The notes under the pieces are model-generated. The model searched no databases. It had not been told where the DNA came from and saw only the letters and a program-made list of their open reading frames with translations. A program made the translations under genes and the position numbers. Below are positions 1 to 14,703 of a stretch of 64,000 bases of DNA, piece by piece. Position 1 is the first letter of the stretch. Every line of letters starts with the position of its first letter. Source of the DNA: Bugula neritina. Its lineage: Eukaryota; Animalia; Bryozoa. Location of the stretch: contig OZ037766.1 of the NCBI GenBank assembly GCA_964035545.1, positions 3,224,001 through 3,288,000 on the forward strand. Reading direction: 5' to 3'.

Positions 1-2968
1 GGTCATTTTTCTAGACATGCAATTTTTAATTGCGTTTTATAAACACTTAATTTAGACATTTTAAAAAATCATTTCAAGAGTCATCAATTTAAGATATGAA
101 ATTAAATAATGCATGAAAAAAAAGTTGCACAACTAGCTTTTAGAAGCATGCATTTTGCAATTGAACTTGCAGAATTTTATATCAGTTACAATGGTAAGAC
201 ATTGACCTGGTACACTTCGCTGATTGGCTGAGTTTTACATGGTCTATTAGAATATAAGTGTTGAAAAATTAATGATTTAATAAAATTATATTTTTTAAAA
301 TGTTTATACACTGTATGTTATTTTTTCTCGATTTTGGCCAACAAGTAACAGCAACATTCTTCAAATTTCTATCTTAAAATATAATTGGTTTATCATGCGT
401 GGTGATAATACGATGCATATATATGCCTATATAAAGTTTCCACTATAGCAATTTCATATCAACTGAGATAAAAATTCTGAAGTCGATGCAGAGTCACTTC
501 TAGCAAAAAATAGTTTTTGATAAAACTAAACAAAAATATTAAACTTTTATCAGTCCTCCATTTCTTAAATGTTTTGAGGTTTTTAAAATCGCATTTTAGC
601 AAAAATATTCTTAAGGTTGTACGCAGTAAAATTCAGTAATCTACAAAATCTGAAAATTTTTCTAAAGTTAGTACCGTATTGAGCTAGCACCAGACACGCG
701 GTTTAGAAATTCTATCGCACTTCTACAGCTGGAATTCTAAAGTTATAACTACTGGAAACAATTTATTAACTTAGCATTTTTTTTGATATTATTTTCTAGC
801 AGCCCAAATATTTAAAGTACCTAAACAACGATATATACTGATATAGCTGGTACAGGTGAGAAGTAATTACAGGTTATAATTCAAATGACAATAATAAAAG
901 TTGTATTTATACCTTCAAATGCTTGTAGCTTACGCAAGATTTGAACATAAGTTAAACATTTGAAAAGATGATATACTTGTAGCCTGTAATTTACTCTATG
1001 CGTAAAGCGTTATAATAGTTTAATGATAGAATTAAATTTTCAGGTGTATAACAGTGGGGAACTAACGATAATTTACCCATTCAAGCTGTTAGAACTGTTG
1101 ACCACATACTAAGTTGTTGTAGAAATGTTTTACACTTGAGGTAGAAGCTTGTTACAAATTACGGACTCCTGAACAAATTTTACAAATAAATATATATGCT
1201 ATAACTTTAGCTGTAAGTACGAAAACTTTAGTTTAATTTCTTGTAAAACTACGCCCCTTTAATTGTGTAAGAGCTAAAAGTTGATGCTAAGCTAAATCGA
1301 TGCAAACCTTTAAAGTTTGGTTCTAAAATAACAAGCATTGTTTAAAATAGTTACTTGAAGTATCGGATTTTCTTTAGCTACAGATATTTGAACACTTATA
1401 ACTGCTTTTATGGTTTTATCAAAAGTTGTTTTTTAAAACTATTTTTAGTTGCAAGCAAAAACATAAACTCTCAGTGCATGAGTATTGATTTGGTGGCCTT
1501 GAAAAACTTTCTACATAGGTGCGGCAGAGCTTTTATATTACCTGTCTTAATTCCGTGATGGTATATAACCCTAATTTGCATAAAGTACTTTCTAAGCTGT
1601 AAAATTAAGCCGGTAACTTATAACTAGCATTTTCAGGATGCTGGGATATTTCCAAGATGGCATTTTTAGTTTTAAATATATTTAGGGGCTTCATCCCAGA
1701 TAGACACATCTCAGTTATAGAACCTATTTTCATTTTGATACAATATTATATAATGTAGTAATATATTTATATATAGCTATATGTATGAATATATAGCTAA
1801 TATAAATTATATCTGGAATAATATTTCAATTTTCACTGACATGCAGTTGTCTTTTTTAGATTATCATTAAATTTAAGCAAAAACATAAACTCTCAGTGGG
1901 TATCGATTTGGTGGCCCTGAAAAGGGCCGTTGTGGTTATAGTAGAAGTCAAGAGCTATCTTCACGGTATCTTTTCCTCAATGCCTGTTGGAGTCTCTGAG
2001 ACATTCTGCAGAGATTTGTGCTCGTTACTCTTCTACTCTGCAACACTTTGCTGTTACAATCCTTCCTCTCACTAGCAGCAACTTCTGGTTGGTCAGAAGT
2101 GCTGCTGATAGTTGAGTCTTGTAGTTGTTTCTCTCCAGGCATCTTGAGCGGGTATGAAACATTTCTGGGTTCAATGGGGTTTTTATCTTGCCGGTCATCC
2201 AATCAGAACATTGTAACCCCTAATTTGCATAAAATATACTTTTAAACCCGTGAAACTAAACTAGTAACTTACAAGTGTTTAGAAAATACATCAAGATTTG
2301 AGAACTGGAGAAGGAAAAAGTTTTGTTTATGTAACTTTTATCTGAGTAATTACGTGGGTGTTTTAATCTAAAATATATATAGCATATGAACGGTAAAACT
2401 AATTCAAATAAAAACACTTATTAATTAGCTTTTGTTTATATACCAAAATTAGGTTCAATAAAAAAACATAGCAAGGTAGTTTTTATAACTTAGGAGATGA
2501 AATCTGTTGATTAATCTCTAGTATAAGGTGAAATGCCAAAAACATTTTTGACAATTATGAAAAACTCTTATTTCAACTGTCACTAAGAATTTAGCAAAAT
2601 TTTAATTTCTAGTCAATAAACTTTTGAACTAATTTATACAAAAATATGCTATAATTGATGGTGCAGTTATATAACTTATATAAAGTGATAGCGTCCTGAT
2701 GTAGATACAGTACATCCAGCAGATCTGTTATTCTCAGTGTTAGCAGATAATTTACTTTGCCGACTCTTACAACTTATACTTGTTGAAAAACTATACTACT
2801 AACAGTTAATATAAATTATCTGGAATGATATTACAATTTTCATGAGTTTGTGCAGAACAAAAAACCAGTAATACATTAATAATAGACATGATCTTTAAGG
2901 AAAAACTATTATTGAAATTTTTTTTAAACAATTCAAGACAATGCAAAGTTATTAATTTAATGCAGATT

Positions 2969-3421
2969 AAAGGAATTAAAAAATCTAATTTAATGCCAAA
3001 ATATACATAATATATTTTAGTAATATTCAAATAAGTTACAAGTATAAAATACATATATATTGTAGCAAAATAAATATAAATAGTAGATCTAACTGGGAAG
3101 TTATATCTATATCTGGAATGGCACCCTTGGAATGTATCTGTATTAATCTAATAGATGTATTTACCCTTATTTAACAAACGCAAATTTAGAAGAACAAATG
3201 GAAATGCACCATCTTTTACAATATATATATATTTTAAGGATTCTATTTTTAAAATTTTTGCATCTTTGCCTAGAATGAAACTTTATTTAGACAAATTTTC
3301 AAATTAATAATAACATTGCAACCAGAGTGGAGCTAGTGCACTACTTGTAATATATTTGAATATTACTAAAATATATTAATTATGCATATTTTAGCATTAA
3401 ATTAGATTTTTTAATTCCTTT
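2969..3421. repeat. Inverted repeat with arms of about 75-80 bp (possible MITE remnant)
   Basis: 2969-3043 AAAGGAATTAAAAAATCTAATTTAATGC...TTACAAGT is the reverse complement of 3343-3421 with a few mismatches; spacer about 300 bp. Confidence 0.7.
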
Positions 3422-4619
3422 GATAGTGGTGTACTTTTCTATTTCTAATGAGGTGGTTATTATATACTCGTAGTTATTATCAATTTTTAAATATGAAGCA
3501 ATTGCCAGCTTCAACTTCCTGCTGGTAATTATAACTATCAAAAATATTTATTTCAATTATTTTCTAACAATTATAATACCCTTGGTTTAAAGAATAGAGA
3601 TGCAATCTTTCTTTAAATTTGAGAAAATTTAAATGTACTTATTTTTTCAGAGACAACTAATTTCTGCGCTAGAGTTCAAAGAAAAACTCCATGTTTGATC
3701 TTTTGGCTAATTTCCAGCAGCTATTTTAATGACCAGATAAATACAGGTTACCTAACTGTAAGCTGGACAATAGTAAATGCAGATTACAAGACAATTATCG
3801 AAGTTAAGCTGTGTAATAGCTGAGCTTGTTGAAACAATCTTCGGATTTTGAGGTGACTCAAGAAATTTTATTAAATAGCATTTTCTCATCATTATTAGTA
3901 GTTACATAATAAGCGGTCATTAAGTGAAAATGGAAATTATGTGCTACATTAATATAGCAATTAAAGAATTTGGCATATGCGGTTACTTTCGTTTATTAAA
4001 GTTAAGGAATGGAAAAACAGCAGATTTTAATGTCAACAATCATTAATATAGCAAACAACAGCAAAGGTAGTGGGACATAAAGATAAATTAAAAACTAAAC
4101 AATACTTTAGTTATATAAGGCAGGTCAGGCAGCAATATCAGTCCAGAGTTCATCTCAATAATGTTCTAAAATGTAAAACATATCTTATTCTAAATTTAAG
4201 CTTCAAGTTTAAAGTTGTCTTATAAAAACTTAAATTATTAATATAATTATTAGGTTGCATAAATTATAAACTCTTTCAGCTGCATACAATAACTGCCAGT
4301 AAACTCAATATGCTACAAAGTTTGAATGATTATACAGTTATGCTTCAAAATATTCTAAACTTTTTTTTAAAGTTTATTTTTAACAAAGCACCAGCAATTG
4401 ATTTTAGTATTTATTAAAATTTTTTGATTTTTTAGTTTGCAATTTAATTAAACATAACTTTATGTTATAGTAGGCTATAACTTATACAAGACAAAAACAT
4501 ATAAAAGGCTGCAAAGTGAGCAATTACTATAATCAGAGCTCACTTGTTAGCTAGATATTTTCAAAAACTGATTTTTATATTATAGGATGTAGCTAACTAC
4601 ACGTACCAGGTGTTACCAT

Positions 4620-4838
4620 CTAGTATCTTCCATAGTAAGAAGAGAGTTTGGATGGGTATAAGTTATAGCCCTTGCCAAAGTTGTATCCTCTGTAATTGTT
4701 GTACAGACCTCGGTTGTATAGACCTCGGTTGTAGTACTTGTAGTTAGATAGTCCGTATCCTCCATAGAGATAGTTGTTGTAGTAAGTAGCAGAGGTAAGT
4801 GCTAGGCAGACAGCCAATAGAATTGCAATGACCTTCAT
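4620..4838 (-). CDS. Secreted Tyr/Asn/Gly-rich cationic peptide, subfamily A (A1), 72 aa
   Basis: ORF MKVIAILLAVCLALTSA|TYYNNYLYGG...SSYYGRY with a hydrophobic signal peptide; mature part 17 Tyr/55 aa. Predicted structure on -: TATATAA 5495-5501, Inr TCATTC 5466-5471, donor GTAAGT 5412-5417, acceptor AG 4854-4855, 3'UTR donor GTACGT 4601-4606, acceptor 4166-4167, AATAAA 3992-3997. Confidence 0.93.
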   Translation of the reverse strand: MKVIAILLAVCLALTSATYYNNYLYGGYGLSNYKYYNRGLYNRGLYNNYRGYNFGKGYNLYPSKLSSYYGRY

Positions 4839-5465
4839 GTTTAGGTTTAAGTTCTGTAAAAAGAAGGAACTAGGTATAAAAGTTAGAAAATTACTTACAA
4901 CCTATTTCATTTTTTAAAACATATTTAAAAAAATCAAATTTGAACTTTTTAACCAAAAAATTACAATCTTTATTTTATCAAAATTTAACAAAAGACATTT
5001 TCAATAAAAATGAAAAAAAGTATAATTAGATATGAGTGAAAAAAGTTTTTACCCCTGAATAGCAATGTCTTTATATATATTATTTGTTAGATGCAAATAA
5101 GATGCTTTCAATAGTTCATAAGCAATTAAAGATTTTTTAAGATTATGATATTATCATAATCATAATGTTTTTGACATTTGGATTTTGTATTTCCAAATGC
5201 AAAAAACGATAAACACTGAACAAATTTCAAAATCAAAATTGTGATTTATAGGTTATATATAAAATGCCTAATTTTGCAATTACTTTTCAATTAAACAAAC
5301 AATGCAGTAAAATCAATGTCTATAAAACTTTTCTATTAAAATACACACTGCTAATTCTAATAAGAACAAAGTATTATATTATTATCTATTATACTATAAA
5401 ACAATGAAGTAACTTACTTTTGAGTTCAGGTAGATCACACTGTATACAGCTGATGTTCAACAAGT

Positions 5466-5554
5466 GAATGATTTATTCAAACAAACTATCTCTCTTATAT
5501 ACTTTTGGAGCTAGCTAGAGTTATTCCCTGCCTTTATCCTAGGTATGACTTGGC
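5466..5554 (-). promoter_or_regulatory. Core promoter of A1 (RTGAC motif, TATA, Inr)
   Basis: ATGACTTGGC 5545-5554 (+ strand reading), TATATAA 5495-5501, TCATTC 5466-5471; 32-bp spacing from TATA to +1. Confidence 0.75.
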
Positions 5555-8500
5555 TGTTTTGATTATAATTAATTTCTCATTAATTGCTACAGCTTATAAA
5601 ATGAGGAAAACACCTCAACCAACTAAATTACATTCAGATCACCATCATATTGATTTCCTCCATTTTATTTTTAATTATTCAACACTTTTCATTACTTTAG
5701 CCAAGGGGTATGGAAATGGAAAAATTCCAATTGCATAATTATTTTTTCTGCCTGGCTACAAAACATAAATTATTGTATCATTAAAATACAAAAAACAATT
5801 TCTAAGATTTTGATAACTGTCAGTACACACATGTATTATTTCATAGTGCTGTATAGATAATTATATGCATGGCTGTCAAATTGTAGTTAGAAATAAATAA
5901 AAGATTCTTATACAATTCAATCTCAGTCAAACCAACATAGCGAACACAAGTTCAACTGGCAGTTGCATTTCATTGGCCAAAAATACTGTCAATGAATATT
6001 TCCCCTAAACAACGGATTATAGAAGCATAAAAGAATGGAAGTTTTCCTACCATTAGGATATACAATACTCTTATATAAATAATGAACGAATTATCAGTAG
6101 CACTGCTTTAGTAGATTATAAGAGCATATGAGATTGCAGGGTGTTATGAATTTATCAGAGAGAATGTTTAAAAACTCCACAGCATAAGATCATTATTAGA
6201 TAAACTATAATGTAAGAAAACAAAAAAAGATGTTGTGAAGCACCAAAATGTACAAAATCAACAATAAAAAAGTATAAGGATATTTATTGAATATTAACCT
6301 TAACATGCTTCTGCATGTTACTACAGTTTCAAATAGTATTTAGTTTTCTCACTCTTTACATCTACTATATAGATAGTACAATTTTAAAGACCAGTTGAAT
6401 ATGTGTGATGAAAATTTTTTTTCCAATCAAAACCTTAAATAAAATAAATATATTATATATTAACATTACATAAAAATGTAAATAAGATTGTTTGTTTTTA
6501 CTGTATTTCATAAAACGTTTCTTCAATTTATAAAGCACTAACTAAACAACTATATAAATGCATTCATGCAAGTTATAGCAACCATCTATGTTTTTAGGAA
6601 ATAATTTAAAATATTTTGCATTGAATGTTGAAAAGGTAGCTGTAAAATCTGTTGATTAATTATGCAACACAATTCTCATTTTTAACAATTGCTGTGTCTT
6701 TACAAGTTATTACTTTTGTGACTCTGTTTTCCTATAATATGAATATAAATAGTATACTTGATTGTTGGTATGCCATTATATTATATGTTTTGCCAGAACA
6801 AGCACTAACTGAAATAAAATTGCCCATGCACTTCCTAGACTTAAGGCTTCAATTCTTTGCAAAAATTGCCTTTTTGCAGATGAAGTAATAGAATATGTCA
6901 TTTTCTTATTACACATGTCCAAACTGAAGCTTCCAATTTCCAAAAAATATAGATTTTTTAAGAAGTGCCTGTAAAACATTTTTGCAACTTTTAGTTTAAA
7001 CAACTCATGTACATTGCTTTATATAGCGCAAGAGTTGTTTTTAAGATATTGTGATTTTATCAAGCATTTTTTGAAACTGTAGGAAAGAAAACAAAAATCT
7101 TTTGTATCGAGATATTAATGCTTAATATACAATAATAATATATATACTTTGAACAGCAACAGGGAATAACACTTAAAACTAGAAAAAGAGTTTTATTCAG
7201 CCTGCTTTTTAATTGTAATTTATAATTGTAATTTATAGAATTACTGTAAAGATATAATAGTCATGTCTCTTAGTTCACTCCGGCTACCCCAGGCTTTGTG
7301 GTTGGAAGAGCTTGGGTTTATGGATTGCCTGCTGCTCTACTCGCTGCTATACCTCATCCATGCTTGCTTGTGTGGCTTTTAAATAGCATGTGATTCAATG
7401 AGCAATGGAGTTCTGTTGTGTAGCCAACTGACAGATGTGTACTGGTTTAGTTGCAGCTTTTAGAACAGTCACTCTCAGATCTCTGTTGTAAATAGTCAAG
7501 AATTTTGCATAACATATTGTGTATCAGCAAGAGACTAAAAGTTCTACTGTATATAATATAAGTAACTAAAGAACCAGTGAACCACTCCATGCAACACAGT
7601 GACGCACATACTCAATAGAGAATTCTCTATAAAATTACTTTTACTAAAAATACAAATCAATACTGAGCCTCCGAGCTTATGAAAAAATTGTAAATATATG
7701 GTCAGTAATTACCAGTATATAGTTGCATTATATAGTATTAAACTGTATCAATTTTAACAGCAATAACTAACTGTATTGTTGAACTCAAAAAATACAATAA
7801 AATAAAAAATTATGTAGATGAAAAGCATGAATCAGTGTTACAACACTGACAAAACAATTATAATAAATTTAATTTTTTTAATTAAATTGCAACTTTAGAT
7901 CGTCTAAATTAAGTTATTTACTTGGTAGCCAATTAAAATGAGCGTATAGGCTATTATTTTTGCAATATGAACAGCTAACAAACCTGCAATGACAATGCAT
8001 ACTAAATGCATAGAACATTGAGTGTGATCATACACTGCGGGATAATTTTTGGAAAACCTGGTTAATTATAGTAAACAACATTTAAATAGTAGCAGCTGCA
8101 ACTACGATTTGACTGCAAGAACTATTTTTCAGGTTTCAATAGTTGATGCATAAGTCAACAATGATTACAAGTAGTTTGATTACACTATATATAAGACTAT
8201 TAATAAAAAGCAGTCTGTAATTTCTTTTGTTATATATATACAAATACTATAACAACTCATTAGCAGTTATATCTGTCATATTAGTAAAGTTAGAAGTTTA
8301 AACTGAAATCTGTTCTAATTACACATATAGTAGCTGCTGCTTCATGTTTCAAATATATGATGCATGCATGAAAGCTTACTCAAAGCATAATATTATATAC
8401 GACTTTGAAATATATTGCACTTATAGTTGTTTGTATTTTTTTAAATAATAGTGGAAAATCTAAAATATTTTTATGTGCTAGAAAAAGAAGAGAATTAGTA

Positions 8501-9818
8501 ATTTTATAATTGATAATGTTGACAGGAATTAACTTAGTTTTAATAAAAAGCCTGTTTTTTATAATAAGATATACAAAGTTGTTGATTTAGCGTTTTGCAG
8601 ACAAACTGTGCCTACACCGCTGTGAAAGCTGCTATCAATTTAATCGTTTAGCAAGAAGATGTACTAGTGAACAGGTTCTAGGTTTTGTTATAGCAAAGTA
8701 ATTATTTTCTACACTAACATTTGGTGCTTTTGATTTTATATTTTGTCTTTTCTAACTTGCTGCAAATTTATATTTGTTATGAAGCATGCTTCTTATAGTT
8801 ACCACGTGCAAAAGCATTTGTTTGCAATTGTTTTTTGCTAAATGAATTTGCTATTGATCTTAGCTTTGACAGACCAGTGTAGAGTCAGATGCTGTGAACC
8901 AAGTGTAGACCAAGTGTAAACAATAAAATGAACATCCAGTGAAGATTCACAGCACTTGACACCAACCTCTACTGTGTAAGCATATTATGCATATTATATA
9001 GTAGACTGCAGTCATAACATTTTAGCATCATAAAGTGTTTTGTAAATGTACAGCCAACAGTTATGTTGTCAAAATATTTTGCTTGCTTCACTTGTGCAGT
9101 GTGATAACCATTAGTGAAAAGCTTGCTACTCCATTCGCTGTAATATAGTTACTTTAAAGTAAAATACCGTTATGCAACTTCGGATTATTCAGGAGTTATG
9201 AGCTCATAACTCCTGATGAGTTATTTACAAAATAACAATTAACACTGAATGTTGGTACTTCATATTGTGATGTAATACCCTGTTTTAGTGATAGTAAAGG
9301 CAAGTAAGAATTTGCATTGAGATTATTTTTTTATTAACAGCTAGAACAAGTTCTAATGTCAATACTTATAATTGTAACGATTACAACAATAAAATGGCAC
9401 ATTAAATAGACGTAAAGAAAAGTTTAACAAAATATGATTTTTGAGTTGGGCAGGTCAAGCAGTGAAATGGGTCAATAGAGTTCATCGTTTCAGTGTCCTG
9501 CAATGTAACATAAAAGAACATAAAAGAAGAGTGTTCAGTGTGGAGTTTCTGTATAATGATTAACAACATAAGTGTAATATATGTATAGGTTTAAAAAAAT
9601 ATGAGCCATTATAAATATTAAAAAATAAGCACAATGTAAGCTATTTGATAACAAAGTCATTATCAGTCGATATTTTTGGAAAACAAATGCCGATGAAATT
9701 TACTAGCTATATTTAATATACTTTTGGAACTTGCCTTTAAAACCAAAATTGCATTACCCAGCAGCTGCTGCAAAAAACCTGGACTCTGGTTTTTAGCTTT
9801 AGCAACTGCTGCATATGT

Positions 9819-9852
9819 TGATTGATTGATTAATTGATTGATTGATTGATTA

Positions 9853-9890
<38 letters not shown>
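9819..9890 (+). repeat. (GATT)n microsatellite in the 3'UTR intron of A2
   Basis: Direct reading. Confidence 0.95.
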
Positions 9891-10240
9891 GTACTTATAC
9901 AGCTCTGCTGCAAAAGGAATCCTTTTTTAGTATTTTTACAAGTTCATTTAATGGAAGCACAAAGAATTGATTTAATATATATGCTTAACTTTTTTCTTGG
10001 GCTGAATAAGTGAACAAGTGAAACCAACTTTAAAAAAATTATTTTTAAATTATTTATAATTTTTAAAACATTAAAAGTAATACGCAGCATTTAATCACTA
10101 TATGAACTATACAAGGCAAAAACGCTGCAAAGCAAACTACTGAGAAATTACTGAAAAACCTTGGTTCATATAACTTAGCTAATTACACCTACCAGGTGTT
10201 ACCATCTAGTATCTTAGTTGCACTTACCAGGTGTTACTAT

Positions 10241-10474
10241 TTAGTATCTTCCATAGTAAGATGAGAGCTTGGACGGGTATAAGTTATAGCCCTTGCCAAA
10301 GTTGAAGCCTCTGTAATTGTTGTATAGACCTCGGTTGTATATACCTCGGTTGTATATACCTCGGTTGTAGTACTTGTAGTTAGATAGTCCGTATCCTCCA
10401 TAGAGATAGTTGTTGTAGTAAGTAGCAGAGGTAAGTGCTAGGCAGACAGCCAATAGGATTGCAATGACCTTCAT
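10241..10474 (-). CDS. Secreted Tyr/Asn/Gly-rich cationic peptide, subfamily A (A2), 77 aa
   Basis: Start placed at the shared MKVIA ATG (CAT 10472-10474); the ORF-track extension lies in intron 1 (acceptor 10490-10491). Three YNRG(I/L) repeats. TATATAA 11098-11104, donor GTAAGA 11014-11019, 3'UTR donor 10222-10227, exon-3 acceptor 9498-9499, AATAAA 9330-9335. Confidence 0.93.
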   Translation of the reverse strand: MKVIAILLAVCLALTSATYYNNYLYGGYGLSNYKYYNRGIYNRGIYNRGLYNNYRGFNFGKGYNLYPSKLSSYYGRY

Positions 10475-11068
10475 GTTTAGGTTTAGGTTCTGTAAATTAG
10501 AAAGTATATCAAACACTTGAAAGTTGTTTATGTTAAAAATTACTATCTCTATTTTATTAAAATTCAACAGAAAGTATTTTCAATAAAAATAGAATAAAAA
10601 CATCAGTTGACCAGTAAAAATTACATTTTAATACTTTTCTATAGCAGTTTATATTTATTTTTTTATTAACTTTGCAAATAAGATGCCTTTAAAAATTCCT
10701 AGGCAATTGAAGACTTTTTAAGATTAAGATATTATGTTTGAAAAATTTAGAATTTTTCATGCTCAAGGTAGTCATGTGTATTTCTAAAAGCAAAAGCAAC
10801 ACACACAGAATGAAGTTCAAAATTGAAAAATACTAATTTTTATAATTATTTTGCCTATTTCTGCATGAAATTACTTTTCAATAAAACAAACAATGCAGTG
10901 AAAGTGATGTCATTATAAAGGTTTTTTTTTTCAAAATACACATTGGTAATTAATTCTAATAAAATCGAATTACATATATTATAATCTATACTACAAAATA
11001 ACAGAAATATATATCTTACTTTTGAGTTCAGGTTATAGATCACACTGTACAGCTGATGTTCAACAAGT

Positions 11069-11147
11069 GAATGATTTATCCAAACAAACTATCTCTCTTA
11101 TATACTTTGTGCGTTACCTCTTGTCTTATTCCTAGGTATGACTTGGC
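11069..11147 (-). promoter_or_regulatory. Core promoter of A2
   Basis: ATGACTTGGC 11138-11147, TATATAA 11098-11104, TCATTC 11069-11074. Confidence 0.75.
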
Positions 11148-11464
11148 TCTTTTGATTACAATTAATTTCTCATTAATTGTTATAGTTTATAAAATGAGGA
11201 AAATACATCAATCAGCTAAATTACATCTCAGATGACCATCATATTGATTTCCCCCATTTTCTTTTTAATTATTCAACACCTTTCAATACTTTAGCCAAGG
11301 GGTATGGAAATAGAAAAATTCCAATTGCATAATTATTTTTCCTGCCTTGCTACCAGAGAATGGTAGGTTATTGAATTATTAAAAACGCAAATGACAAGTT
11401 CTAGAATTTTGATAGCAGAAGCTATTGTCAATATACCCATGTATTATTTTATAAAATTATATGC

Positions 11465-11626
<162 letters not shown>

Positions 11627-12575
11627 GTCAAATTGTAGTTGGAAATCGATTTAAAAGATTTCTATACAATTTAATTCCAGTCAAGAAATTTCAATGGCAT
11701 ATTTTGTTGATCAAATCTCATTGTATATTTTCTCTAAGAAGTGTAGCTATGAACGACTATAAAAACTGTAATCTGTAAGCAAGGCCAATTAGGTCGAGTG
11801 CACGTGCAAGTGTACTATATTAAACAACAAATACTGTTTTTATAGTAAATATACTTAACTTCTTTCCTTGTATATTGATGTTTGTGATTATTACTATATA
11901 TATATCTAAACAAGCTCATGCTTATCTACATTCAATATAAAAAACATAATTTTAAATTGTTTAATTTTTATCATCAAGCATAGAAAACAACTGATAGATA
12001 ACAGTTTAAACAACGAATGCGCTTATAGATTTTCAGTGTAAGGTAGCTATAGCAGCAAATATGTAATAATTATGCTGAAGTATATAGTAGCAAAAAATAA
12101 AAAATTGACATGTTTTCACTGTTAAAAATACATTTCAATAAGAATAACTGAATTATCATAAGCACTGTATTATTAAATGAGAAGACATAGAATTGGAGTT
12201 TATTTCCTTAATAAGTATACTTATTAGAACATGTCGGTTTGCAACGTATTCTCATTAATATAATATTTGTTGTACAAGTAACAAAAAGTCTTGGGAAACT
12301 AAATATGCTTATAGATAAGTATAAAGATAAAACAGTTTTGATTTATTAGTAAATATATAGTCTGTTTTTGTCACTCTAGTGCCAAACAGTATTAAGCTCG
12401 TTTACTTTTCACATTTCTTTATAGACAGTGAAATTTAAAAGACCAAGTAATTTCGTTTTATGTACGATTGAATACGCATGGCAACGGCTTAACTTAAGTA
12501 TATAAAAATTTACTCGACATTTTTTTCACAATTTTGCATTAAATGTATCAACTTCTTGTAAAAATATAAGTAACA

Positions 12576-12712
<137 letters not shown>

Positions 12713-13720
12713 ATTTATGGCCTTCCATGCATATAATATTCTTTTAATTTATAAAGTCATAAACAAATAATTGGTAATTTATTTATGCCTTAGCAAAAGT
12801 CAAAGTATTTTAAAAGGTATTTTGTATTCAATGCTGCGGCAAAATAGCTATAAGATTTGTTGGCCATGACAATGCAAATTTTATCATTGTTGTGTCATAT
12901 TGCACTATAATTGCTTTGTTTGTAATTATATTTTTCTAAAGCATATATAAGTTATACAAATAGTAGCCTATGCTTAATTGTTGGTATGCTATATTAGCGC
13001 CGGGAGAATTGCCTGCTTTCTAACTCTTTAAGGCATTAATTTTTTGTAATATTTGCCTTTTGGCAGATAAAATAATAGACTGTCACTTTCATGTCACATT
13101 TCCTATCTGATGGAAGCTTCAAATTTCTTAAAATAAAAAATGATAAAATTGTTCAATATGTAGTTTTTGCAAATCTCATTTAAAACATATAAATAACCAT
13201 ATCTATTTTTAGCAAAACTTGCTTTTAAAATATTCTGATTTTTGTTTATTGTTTTATTGCAAATTGCTAATTGAAATATACAATTAATGTATATTGAGAA
13301 AGATATATGTAATGTTTTTGATAATATTTCAAAAAACAATAAATGAAAGTCAAAATATTTAAAAGTATAACTCTTGCTATATATATATATATAAAGTAAT
13401 GTAATTCTTGAGTTGTTTTGATATAAAATTGTATAAAACACATTATTCAAACATTTTTCATAATTTCTCATTTTAAAAAACTAAGTATAGTAAATGGGAC
13501 ATAAAAGTGACATGTTCTACTATTTTATTGACAAAAAGTCAATATTGCAGAAAAATGAAGCCTAATTAAGTCTAGGAAGTAGGCAATTTTATACCAACAT
13601 GTATTTATTTATTTTGACAAAAAATAGCATATATACTAATTTTAGAACTGAAAATGAGAGTAAAATAACATAAAAAAAGTTATGCAAAGTCACCACAGCA
13701 ATTATTAACAAATCTAACTG

Positions 13721-13854
<134 letters not shown>

Positions 13855-14624
13855 TTTGCTAACGTTGAATGCAAAATATATGAGCAGTTAATTGTTAAAA
13901 AGCATTATTGGTTGCATTACCATGCATGAATTTATGTTTTTTTTCATTTAATTCTTTATAAATTGAAACCTACTTATGCAAAAGTTAGTATATTTATGAA
14001 AGAAATGAAAAAAAATGTTATCTTTTACTTAGAAGGAGTTGCTGCATATTACATATATTTAATCAAACATTATTGTATTAATCGTAAACTGGTCTGTTAA
14101 CTTGATTGCCTTAAAGCTGCAAAAAGTCGAAAACTATAAACAGTGCACGCTTAAAAACAGAGGAAACAAAAGCAGAATAAACTTGAAACGATAAAACACA
14201 ACTTAATATTTATAAAATTTTGATGAAATTGTTGATTTTCAATTCATGGCAAAGCTTTGAATTACATTAAACAAAATTGCTTGGTTCATAATATTTAACT
14301 AACAGTTGATAGCTAAATCATAAACAGGCATATAATTCTATGATATTACATTACATAATCTCCACTTTATTTCCTTTTTCTGGTCACTAATGTATATTGG
14401 CCATAAAGTTTGTTTACATTGTTTAAACTAGTTTAATTTGTCAAATTTAGGTAGTGACAAATATTAAGCTTGCAATTACCAACTTTTATTTCTATATATC
14501 TTGGTAAAGGCAAATGTGAAATAAAATGAAGGAAGTGGATATATACGGCAACTTAGCTGATTAATATGTTTTTCTCATTTTATAAACTATTGCAATTAAT
14601 GAGAAATTAATTATAATAAAAACA

Positions 14625-14703
14625 GCAAAGTCATAACCAGGACAAAAGCAAGGAATAACTCCAAAAGTATAAAAGAAAGATAGTTTGTTTGGATAAATCA
14701 TTC
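14625..14703 (+). promoter_or_regulatory. Core promoter of A3
   Basis: GCAAAGTCAT 14625-14634, TATAAAA 14668-14674, TCATTC 14698-14703. Confidence 0.75.

Noticed and set aside
1520-1570. Minus-strand HHGIKTGNI resembling a protein-kinase catalytic loop
   Set aside because: It lacks the catalytic Asp, no other kinase motifs are nearby, and it is too short to support.
7270-7610. GC-richer stretch with interrupted minus-strand frames (similar patches at about 20620-20830, 21900-22090, 50998-51180)
   Set aside because: Multiple stops and no recognisable domain; possibly old transposon debris, but not supportable.
10475-10567. N-terminal extensions in the ORF track for A2, B1, B2, B3, B5, C1, C2, D1, D2
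   Set aside because: They cross the conserved intron-1 acceptor, are not conserved between paralogues and would bury the signal peptide.
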